Positions 50,687-64,000 of a stretch of DNA of 64,000 nucleotides are shown here, piece by piece. Numbering within the stretch: position 1 is the stretch's first letter; every line of letters begins with the position of its first letter. The DNA is from Eledone cirrhosa (lineage: Eukaryota). The position numbers and the translations under genes were made by a program. The notes beneath the pieces were generated by a model. The model did no database searches. It saw only the letters and a list, made by a program, of their open reading frames with translations, and had not been told where the DNA came from. Location of the stretch: contig OZ024748.1 of NCBI GenBank assembly GCA_964016885.1, forward strand, positions 38,440,001-38,504,000, in the 5' to 3' direction.

Positions 50687-53600
50687 ACAACAACTAACAC
50701 AACAACTAATACAACTCTAACATAACACAACAACTAACACAATTCTAACATAACACAACAACTAACACAACTCTTTAACATAACACAACAACTAACACAA
50801 TTCTAACATAACACAACAACTAACACAACTCTTTAACATAACACAACAACTAACACAATTCTAACATAACGCAACAACTAATACAACTCTAATATAACAC
50901 AACAACTAACACAATTCTAACATAACACAACAACTAACACAACTCTTTAACATAACACAACAACTAACACAATTCTAACATAACGCAACAACTAACACAA
51001 CTCTTTAACATAACACAACAACTAACACAACTCTTTAACATAACACAACAACTGAGACAACTCTTTAACATAAAACAACAACTAACACAACTCTTTAACA
51101 TAACACAACTAACACAATTCTAACATAACACAACAACTAACACAACTCTTTAACATAACACAACAACACAACTCTTTAACATAACACAACAACTAACACA
51201 ACTCTTTAACATAACACAACAACTAACACAACTCTAACATAACACAACTAACACAATTCTAACATAACACAACTAACACAATTCTAACATAACACAACAA
51301 CTAACACAACTCTAACATAACACAAGAACTAACACAATTCTAATATAACACAACTCTAACGTAACACAACAACTAACACAATTCTAACATAACACAACAA
51401 CTAACACAATTCTAATATAACACAACTCTAACGTAACACAACAACTAACACAATTCTAACATAACACAACAACTAACACAATTCTAACATAACACAACAA
51501 CTGACACAACTCTTTAACATAACACAACTCTTTAACATAACACAACTAACACGATTCTAACATAACACAACAACTAACACAACTCTTTAACATAACACAA
51601 CAACTAACACAATTCTAACATAACACAACAACTAACACAACTCTAACATAACACAACAACTAACACAATTCTAACATAACACAAAAACTAACACAACTCT
51701 AACATAACACAACTAACACAATTCTAACATAAGACAACAACTAAAACAACTTTAACATAACACAAAAACTAACACAACTCTAACATAACACAACTAACAC
51801 AATTCTAACATAACACAACAACTAACACGATTCTAACATAACACAAAAACTAACACAACTCTAACATAACACAACTAACACAATTCTAACATAACACAAC
51901 AACTAACACAACTCTAACATAACACAACAACTAACACAATTCTAACATAACACAAAAACTAACACAACTCTAACATAACACGACTAACACAATTCTAACA
52001 TAACACAACAACTAACATAACAACAACTAACACAATTCTAACATAACACAACAACTAACACAATTCTAACATAACACAACAACTAACACAATTCTAACAT
52101 AACACAACTAAGACAACTCTAACATAACACAACAACTAAGACAACTCTAACATAACACAACAACTAACACAATTCTTTAACATAACACAACAACTGACAC
52201 AGCTCTTTAACATAACACCACAACTAACACAATTCTAACATAACACAACTAACACAATTCTAACATAACACAACAACTAACACAACTCTAACATAACACA
52301 AGAACTAACACAATTCTAATATAACACAACTCTAACGTAACACAACAACTAACACAATTCTAACATAACACAACAACTAACACAATTCTAACATAACACA
52401 ACAACTGACACAACTCTTTAACATAACACAACTCTTTAACATAACACAACTAACACGATTCTAACATAACACAACAACTAACACAACTCTTTAACATAAC
52501 ACAACAACTAACACAATTCTAACATAACACAACAACTAACACAACTCTAACATAACACAACAACTAACACAATTCTAACATAACACAAAAACTAACACAA
52601 CTCTAACATAACACAACTAACACAATTCTAACATAACACAACAACTAACACGATTCTAACATAACACAAAAACTAACACAACTCTAACATAACACGACTA
52701 ACACAATTCTAACATAACACAACAACTAATATAACAACAACTAACACAATTCTAACATAACACAACAACTAACACAATTCTAACATAACACAACAACTAA
52801 CACAATTCTAACATAACACAACTAAGACAACTCTAACATAACACAACAACTAAGACAACTCTAACATAACACAAAAACTAAGACAATTCTTTAACATAAC
52901 ACAACAACTGACACAGCTCTTTAACATAACACCACAACTAACACAATTCTAACATAACACAACTCTAACATAACACAACAACTAACACAAATCTAACATA
53001 ACACAACAACTAAGACAACTCTAACATAACACAACTAACACAACTCTTTAACATAACACAACAACTAACACAATTCTAACATAACACAACACTTTAACAT
53101 AACACAACAACTAAGACAACTCTAACATCACACAACTAACACAACTCTTTAACATAACACAACAACTAACACAATTCTAACATAACACAACAACTAACAC
53201 AATTCTAACATAACACAACTCTAACATAACACAACTAACACAATTCTAACATAACACAACAACTAACACAACTCTAACATAACACAACAACTAACACAAC
53301 TCTTTAAAATAACACAACAACTAAGACAACTCTTTAATACAACACAACAACTAACACAACTCTTTAACATAACACAACAACTAACACAATTCTAACATAA
53401 CACAACAACTAACACAACTCTTTAACATAACACAACAACTAACACAACTCTTTAACATAACACAACTAACACAACTCTTTAACATAACACAACTCTAACA
53501 TAACACAACAACTAACACAACTCTAACATAACATAACAACTAACACAATTCTAACATAACACAACTAACACAACTCTAACATAACACAACTAACACAATT

Positions 53601-56600
53601 CTAACATAACACAACTAACACAATTCTAACATAACACAACTAACACAACTCTAACATAACAAAACAACTAACACAACTCTAACATAACACTACAACTAAC
53701 ACAACTCTAACATAACACAACAACTAACACAATTCTAACATAACACAACAACTGACACAACTCTTAAACATAACACAACAACTGAGACAACACTAACATA
53801 ACACAACAACTAACACAACTCTTTAACATGACACAACAACTGAGACAACTGAAACATAACACAACAACTAAGACAAGTCTTTAACATAACACAACAACTG
53901 ACACAAATCTTTAACATAACACAACAAGTAACACAACTCTAACATGACACTACTAACACAATTCTAACATAACACAACAACTAACACAACTCTAACATAA
54001 CAACAACTAACACAATTCTAACATAACACAACAACTAACACAACAACTAACACAATTCGAACATAACACAACTAAGACAACTCTAACATAACACAACAAC
54101 TAAGACAACTCTAACATAACACAACAACTAAGACAACTCTTTAACATAACACAACAACTGACACAACTCTTTAACATAACACCACAACTAACACAATTCT
54201 AACATAACACAACAACTGACACAACTCTAACATAACACAATAACTAACACAATTCTAACATAACACAACTAACACAACTCTTTAACATAACACAACAACT
54301 AACACAATTCTAACATAACACAACAACTAACACAATTCTAACATAACACAACTAACACCATTCTAAAATAACACAACAATTAAGACAACTCTAACATAAC
54401 ACAAGTACTAACACAATTCTAACATAACACAACAACTAACACAACTCTAACATAACACAACAACTAAGACAACTCTAACTTAACACAACAACTAAGACAA
54501 CTCTAACATAACACAAGAACTAACACAATTCTAACATAACACAACAACTAACACAACTCTAACATAACACAACTCTAACATAACACAACAACTAACACAA
54601 CTCTATAACATAACACAACAACTAAGACAACTCTAACATAACACAACTCTTCAACATAACACAACAACTAACACAACTCTAACATAACACAACAACTAAG
54701 ACAAGTATTTAACATAACACAACAACTGACACAAATCTTTAACATAACACAACAACTAACACAATTCTAACATAACACAACAACTAACACAAGTCTTTAA
54801 CATAACACAACAACTAACACAATTCTAACATAACGCAACAACTAACACAACTCTTTAACATAAAACAACAACTAACACAACTCTAACATAACGCAACAAC
54901 TAACACAACTCTAACATAACACAACAACTAACACAACTCTTTAACATAACACAACAACTGAGACAACTCTTTAACATAACACAACTAACACAATTCTAAC
55001 ATAACACAACTCTTTAACATAACACAACAACTAACACAACTCTTTAACATAACACAACAACTAACACAACTCTTTAACATAACACAACAACTAACACAAC
55101 TCTAACATAACACAACTAACACAATTCTAACATAACACAACTAACACAATTCTAACATAACACAACAACTAACACAACTCTAACATAACACAAGAACTAA
55201 CACAATTCTAATATAACACAACTCTAACGTAACACAACAACTAACACAATTCTAACATAACACAACAACTAACACAATTCTAACATAACACAACAACTGA
55301 CACAACTCTTTAACATAACACAACTCTTTAACATAACACAACTAACACGATTCTAACATAACACAACAACTAACACAACTCTTTAACATAACACAACAAC
55401 TAACACAATTCTAACATAACACAACAACTAACACAACTCTAACATAACACAACAACTAACACAATTCTAACATAACACAAAAACTAACACAACTCTAACA
55501 TAACACAACTAACACAATTCTAACATAAGACAACAACTAAAACAACTTTAACATAACACAAAAACTAACACAACTCTAACATAACACAACTAACACAATT
55601 CTAACATAACACAACAACTAACACGATTCTAACATAACACAAAAACTAACACAACTCTAACATAACACAACTAACACAATTCTAACATAACACAACAATT
55701 AACACAACTCTAACATAACACAACAACTAACACAATTCTAAAATAACACAAAAATTAACACAACTCTAACATAACACGACTAACACAATTCTAACATAAC
55801 ACAACAACTAACACAACTCTAACATAACACAACAACTAACACAATTCTAACATAACAGAACTCTAACATAACACAAGAACTAACACAATTATAACATAAC
55901 ACAACTACGAACACAATTCTAACATAACACAACTCTAACATAACACAACAACTAACACAATTCTAACACAACACAACAACTAACACAACTCTAACATAAC
56001 ACAACAACTAACACAATTCTACCATAACACAACAACTAACACAATTCTAACATGACACAACAACTAACAGAACAAGTAACACAACTCTAACATAACACAG
56101 CTAACACAACTCTAACATAACACAACAAATAACACAACTCTAACATAACACAACAACTAACACAACTCTAACATAACACAACTCTTTAACATAACACAAC
56201 TCCAACATAACACAACAACTAACACAACTCTAACATAACGTAACAACTAACACAATTCTAACATAACACAACTAACACAACTCTAACATAACAACTAACA
56301 CAATTCTAACATAACACAACTAACACAATTCTAACATAACACAACAACTGACACAACTCTTTAACATAACACAACTAACACAACTCTTTAACATAACACA
56401 ACTAACACGATTCTAACATAACACAACAACTAACACAACTCTTTAACATAACACAACTAACACAACTCTAACATAACACAACAACTAACACAACTCTTTA
56501 ACATAACACAACAAATAACACAACTCTAACATAACACAAAAACTAACACAACTCTAACATAACACAACTAACACAATTCTAACATAACACAACAATTAAC

Positions 56601-59600
56601 ACAACTCTAACATAACACAACAACTAACACAATTCTAACATAACACAAAAATTAACACAACTCTAACATAACACGACTAACACAATTCTAACATAACACA
56701 ACAACTAACACAACTCTAACATAACAACAACTAACACAATTCTAACATAACACAACAACTAACACAATTCTAACATAACACAACAACTAACACAATTCTA
56801 ACATAACACAACTAAGACAACTCTAACATAACACAACTAAGACAACTCTAACATAACACAACAACTAAGACAACTCTTTAACATAACACAACAACTGACA
56901 CAACTCTTTAACATAACACCACAACTAACACAATTCTAACATAACACAACAACTAACACAACTCTAACATAACACAACAACTAACACAAATCTAACATAA
57001 CACAACAACTAAGACAACTCTAACATAACACAACAACTAAGACAACTCTAACATAACACAACTAACACAACTCTTTAACATAACACAACAACTAACACAA
57101 TTCTAACATAACACAACAACTAACACAACACTTTAACATAACACAACAACTAAGACAACTCTAACATCACACAACTAACACAACTCTTTAACATAACACA
57201 ACAACTAACACAATTCTAACATAACACAACAACTAACACAATTCTAACATAACACAACTCTAACATAACACAACTAACACAATTCTAACATAACACAACA
57301 ACTAACACAACAACTAACACAACTCTTTAAAATAACACAACAACTAAGACAACTCTTTAATATAACACAACAACTAACACAACTCTTTAACATAACACAA
57401 CAACTAACACAATTCTAACATAACACAACAACTAACACAACTCTTTAACATAACACAACAACTAACACAACTCTTTAACATAACACAACTCTAACATAAC
57501 ACAACAACTAACACAACTCTAACATAACATAACAACTAACACAACTCTAACATAACACAACTAACACAATTCTAACATAACACAACTAACACAATTCTAA
57601 CATAACACAACTAACACAACTCTAACATAACAAAACAACTAACACAACTCTAACATAACACAACAACTAACACAACTCTAACATAACACAACAACTAACA
57701 CAATTCTAACATAACACAACTCTAACATAACACAACTCTAACATACAACTCCAACATAACACAACAACTAACAAACTTCTAACATAACACAACTCTAACA
57801 TAACACAACAACTAACACAACTCTTTCACATGACACAACAACTGAGACAACTCTAACATAACACAACAACTAAGACAAGTCTTTAACATAACACAACAAC
57901 TGACACAAATCTTTAACATAACACAAGTAACACAACTCTAACATAACACAACTAACACAATTCTAACATAACACAACAACTAACACAACTCTAACATAAC
58001 AACAACTAACACAATTCTAACATAACACAACAACTAACACAACTCTAACATAACACAACAACTAACACAATTCTAACATAACACAACTAAGACAACTCTA
58101 ACATAACACAACAACTAAGACAACTCTAACATAACACAACAACTAAGACAACTCTAACATAACGCAACTAACACAACTCTTTAACATAACACAACAACTA
58201 ACACAATTCTAACATAACACAACAACTAACACAATTCTAACATAACACAACTAACACCATTCTAAAATAACACAACAATTAAAACAACTCTAACATAACA
58301 CAATTCTAACATAACACAACAACTAACACAACTCTAACATAACACAACAACTAAGACAACTCTAACATAACACAACAACTAAGACAACTCTAACATAACA
58401 CAAGAACTAACACAATTCTAACATAACACAACAACTAACACAACTATAACATAACACAACATCTAACACAACTCTTTAACATAACACAACAACTAAGACA
58501 ACTCTAACATAACACAACTCTTCAACATAACACAACAGCTAACACAACTCTAACATAACACAACAACTAAGACAAGTCTTTAACATAACACAACAACTAA
58601 CACAAATCTTTAACATAACACAACATCTAACACAATTCTAACATAACACAACAACTAACACAATTCTAACGTAAGTCAACAACTAAAACAACTCTAACAT
58701 AACACAACAACTGACACAACTCTTTAACATAACACCACAACTAACACAATTCTAACAAAACACAACAACTAACACAACTCTAACATAACACAACTAACAC
58801 AATTCTAAAATAACACAACAATTAAGAAAACTCTAACATAACACAACAACTAACACAATTCTAACATAACACAACTAAGACAACTCTAACATAACACAAC
58901 AACTAAAACAACTCTAACATAACACAACAACTGACACAACTCTTTAACATAACACCACAACTAACACAATTCTAACATAACACAACAACTAACACAACTC
59001 TAACATAAAACAAGAACTAACACAATTCTAACATAACACAACAACTAACACAACTCTAACATAACACAACAACTAAGACAACTCTAACATAACACAACAA
59101 CTAAGACAACTCTTTAACATAACACAACAACTGACACAACTCTTTAACATAACACCACAACTAACACAATTCTAACATAACACAACAACTAACACAATTC
59201 TAACATAACACAACAACTAACACAATTCTAACATAACACAACTAACACAATTCTAAAATAACACAACAATTAAGACAACTCTAACATAACAGAAAAACTA
59301 ACACAATTCTAACATAACACAACAACTAAGACAACTCTAACATAACACAACAACTAAGACAACTATAACATACCACAAGAACTAACACAACTCTTTAACA
59401 TAACACAACAACTAACACAATTCTAACATACCACAACAACTAACACAAGTCTTTAACATAACACAACAACTAACACAACTCTAACATAACACAACAACTA
59501 ACACAACTCTTTAACATAACACAACAACTAAGACAACTCTTTAATATAACACAACAACTAACACAACTCTTTAACATAACACAACAACTAACACAATTCT

Positions 59601-62600
59601 AACATAACACAACAACTAACACAACTCTAACATAACACAACAACTAAGACAAGTCTTTAACATAACACAACAACTGACACAACTCTTTAACATAACACAA
59701 CTCTAACATAACACAACAACTAACACAACTCTAACATAACATAACAACTAACACAATTCTAACATAACACAACAACTAACACAACTCTAACATAACACAA
59801 CTCTAACATAACACAACTCCAACATAACACAACAACTAACAAAATTCTAACATAACACAACAACTGACACAACTCTTTAACATAACACAACTAACACAAC
59901 TCTTTAACATAACACAACTAACACGATTCTAACATAACACAACAACTAACACAACTCTTTAACATAACACAACAAATAACACAACTCTAACATAACACAA
60001 CAACTAACAAAATTCTTTAACATAACACAACAACTAAGACAACTCTTTAATATAACACAACAACTAACACAACTCTTTAACATAACACAACAACTAACAC
60101 AATTCTAACATAACACAACAACTAACACAACTCTTTAACATAACACAACAACTAAAACAACTCTTTAATATAACACAACAACTAACACAACTCTTTAACG
60201 TAACACAACAACTAACACAATTCTAACATAACGCAACAACTAACACAACTCTAACATAACACAACAACTAAGACAAGTCTTTAACATAACACAACAACTG
60301 ACACAACTCTTTAACATAACACAACTCTAACATAAGACAACAACTAACACAACTCTAACATAACGTAACAACTAACACAATTCTAACATAACACAACTAA
60401 CACAACTCTAACATAACACAACTCTAACATAACACAACTCTAACATAACACAACTCTAACATACAACTCCAACATAACACAACAACTAACAAAATTCTAA
60501 CATAACACAACTCTAACATAACACAACAACTAACACAATTCTAACATAACACAACAACTGACACAACTCTTTAACATAACACAACTAACACAACTCTTTA
60601 ACATAACACAACTAACACGATTCTAACATAACACAACAACTAACACAACTCTTTAACATAACACAACTCTAACCTAACACAACAACTAACACAACTCTTT
60701 AACATAACACAACAAATTACACAACTCTAACATAACACAACAACTAACACAATTCTTTAACATAACACAACAACTAAGACAACTCTTTAATATAACACAA
60801 CAACTAACACAACTCTTTAACATAACACAACTCTAACATAACATAACAACTAACACAATTCTAACATAACACAACTAACACAATTCTAACATAACACAAC
60901 TAACACAACGCTAACATAACACAACTAACACAACTCTAACATAACACAACTCTAACATATCACAACAACTAACACAATTCTAACATAACACAACAACTAA
61001 CACAACTCTAACATAACACAACAACTAACACAACTCTAACATACAACTCCAACATAACACAACAACTAACACAATTCTAACATAACACAACAACTAACAC
61101 TACTCTAACATAACACAATTCTAACATAACACAACAACTAACACAACTCTAACATAACACAACAACTAACACAACTCTAACATACAACTCCAACATAACA
61201 CAACAAATAACACAACTCTAACATAACACAACAACTAACACAACTCTAACATAACACAACTCTTTAACATAACACAACAACTAACACTACTAACACAATT
61301 CTAACATAACACAACTAACAGAACTCTAACATAACACAACAACTAACACAATTCTAACATAACACAACAACTAACACAATTCTAACATAACACAACAACT
61401 AACACAACTCTAACATAACACAACAACTAACACAATTCTAACATAACAGAACTCTAACATAACACAAGAACTAACACAATTATAACATAACACAACTACT
61501 AACACAATTCTAACATAACACAACTGTAACATAACACAACAACTTACACAATTCTAACACAACACAACAACTAACACAACTCTAACATAACACAACAACT
61601 AACACAATTCTACCATAACACAACAACTAACACAATTCTAACATGACACAACAACTAACAGAACAAGTAACATAACACAACAAGTAACACAACTCTAACA
61701 TAACACAGCTAACACAACTCTAACATAACACAACAAATAACACAACTCTAACATAACACAACAACTAACACAACTCTAACATAACACAACTCTTTAACAT
61801 AACACAACAACTAACACTACTAACACAATTCTAACATAACACAACTAACAGAACTCTAACATAACACAACAACTAACACAATTCTAACATAACACAACAA
61901 CTAACACAACTCTTTAATATAACACAACTAACACAATTCTAACATAACACAACAACTAACACAACTCTAACATAACACAACAACTAACACAATTCTAACA
62001 TAACACAACTCTAACATAACACAAGAACTAACACAATTATAACATAACACAACTACTAACACAATTCTAACATAACACAACAGCTAACACAATTCTAACA
62101 CAACACAACAACTAACACAACTCTAACATAACACAACAACTAACACAATTCTAACATAACACAACAACTAACAGAACAAATAACATAACACAACAAGTAA
62201 CACAACTAACACAACTCTAACATAACACAACAACTAACACAACTCTAACATAACATAACAACTAACACAATTCTAACATAACACAACTAACACAACTCTA
62301 ACATAACACAACTAACACAATTCTAACATAACACAACTAAGACAACTCTAACATAACACAACAACTAACACAACTCTAACATAACACAACAACTAACACA
62401 ATTCTAACATAACACAACAACTAACACAACTCTAACATAACACAACAACTAACACAACTCTTTAACATAACACAACAACTGAGACAACTCTAACATAACA
62501 CAACAACTAACACAACTCTTTAACATAACACAACAACTGAGACTACTCTTTAACATAACACAACCACTAACACAACTCTTTAACATAACACAACAACTAA

Positions 62601-64000
62601 CACAACTCTAACATAACACAAGAACTAACACAATTCTAATATAACACAATTCTAACATAACACAACAACTAACACAATTCTAACATAACACAACAACTAA
62701 CACAACTCTAACATAACACAACAACTAAGACAAGTCTTTAACATAACACAAGAACTGACACAAATCTTTAACGTAACACAACAACTAACACAATTCTAAC
62801 ATAACACAACAACTAACACAACTCTAACATAACAACAACTAACACAATTCTAACACAACTCTAACATAACACAACAACTAACACAATTCTAACATAACAC
62901 AACTAAGACAACTCTAACATAACACAACAACTAAGACAACTCTAACATAACACAACAACTAAGACAACTCTAACATAACACAACAACTAAGACAACTCTT
63001 TAACATAACACAACAACTAACACAATTCTAACATAACACAACTAACACAACTCTAACATAACACAAAACTAAGACAACTCTAACGTAACACAACAACTAA
63101 GACAACTCTAACATAACACAACTAACACAACTCTTTAACATAACACAACAACTAACACAATTCTAACATAACACAACAACTAACACAATTCTAACATAAC
63201 ACAACTAACACAATTCTAAAATAACACAACAATTAAGTCAACTCTAACATAACACAATTCTAACATAACACAACAACTAACACAACTCTAACACAACACA
63301 ACAACTAAGACAACTCTAACATAACACAACTCTTCAACATAACACAACAACTAACACAATTCTAACATAACACAACAACTAACACAATTCTAACATAACA
63401 CAACAACTAACACAACTCTAACGTAACACAACAACTAAGACAAGTCTTTAACATAACACAACAACTGACACAAATCTTTAACATAACACAACAACTAACA
63501 CAATTCTAACATAACACAACAACTAACACAACTCTAACAGAACACAACTAACACAATTCTAACATAAGACAACAACTAAAACAACTCTAACATAACACAA
63601 TAACTGACACAACTCTTTAACATAACACCACAACTAACACAATTCTAACATAACACAACAAATAACACAACTCTAACATAAAACAACAACAAACACAATT
63701 CTAACATAAGACAACAACTAAAACAACTGTAACATAACACATCTAACACAATTCTAACATAACACAACAACTAACACAACTCTAACATAACAACAACTAA
63801 CACAATTCTAACATAACACAACAACTAACACAATTCTAACATAACACAACTAAGACAACTCTAACATAACACAACAACTAAGACAACTCTAACATAACAC
63901 AACAACTAAGACAACTCTAACATAACACAACAACTAAGACAACTCTTTAACATAACACAACAACTAACACAATTCTAACATAACACAACTAACACAACTC
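50687..64000. repeat. Large AAC-rich satellite, ~27-bp unit AACATAACACAACAACTAACACAA(C/T)TCT(TT), running off the window
   Basis: More than 13 kb, with almost no G on the + strand. Internal block duplications are present. Confidence 0.97.

Noticed and set aside
50687-64000. Telomeric repeat
   Set aside because: No (CCCTAA)n/(TTAGGG)n arrays.

Overview
Eukaryotic, extremely repeat-rich DNA. The SINE families and the (TA)n/(GA)n content point to an octopus-like cephalopod, which is an inference. The only host gene found is msrA (methionine sulfoxide reductase A) on the minus strand. It has four phase-compatible coding exons (29745-29615, 20964-20869, 9402-9338, 6509-6381), a candidate first exon at ~40.27 kb, and 3' exons that were not found and probably lie left of the window. 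The introns and flanks hold two decayed RTE LINEs in opposite orientation, Penelope-like elements (PLEs) of two types, many short fold-back PLE pseudo-LTR fragments in (TA)n, two tRNA-derived SINE families, hAT and Tigger-like MITEs, a Helitron and several satellites, including a 13-kb AAC-rich array. Most interesting: (1) about 16 type-I hammerhead ribozyme motifs at ~12 loci, with recurrent non-canonical cores (U3-A8, U4C) and stem II extended to 45-100 nt, several on the msrA sense strand; (2) a 5S rRNA-SINE-SINE chimera inserted as one unit with a 17-bp TSD, whose empty site is visible in the window; (3) a tandem duplication that breaks inside the msrA catalytic exon and leaves a truncated copy with an intact splice acceptor; (4) inverted repeats bracketing msrA exons. 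All calls were read by eye; no searches or folding programs were run.
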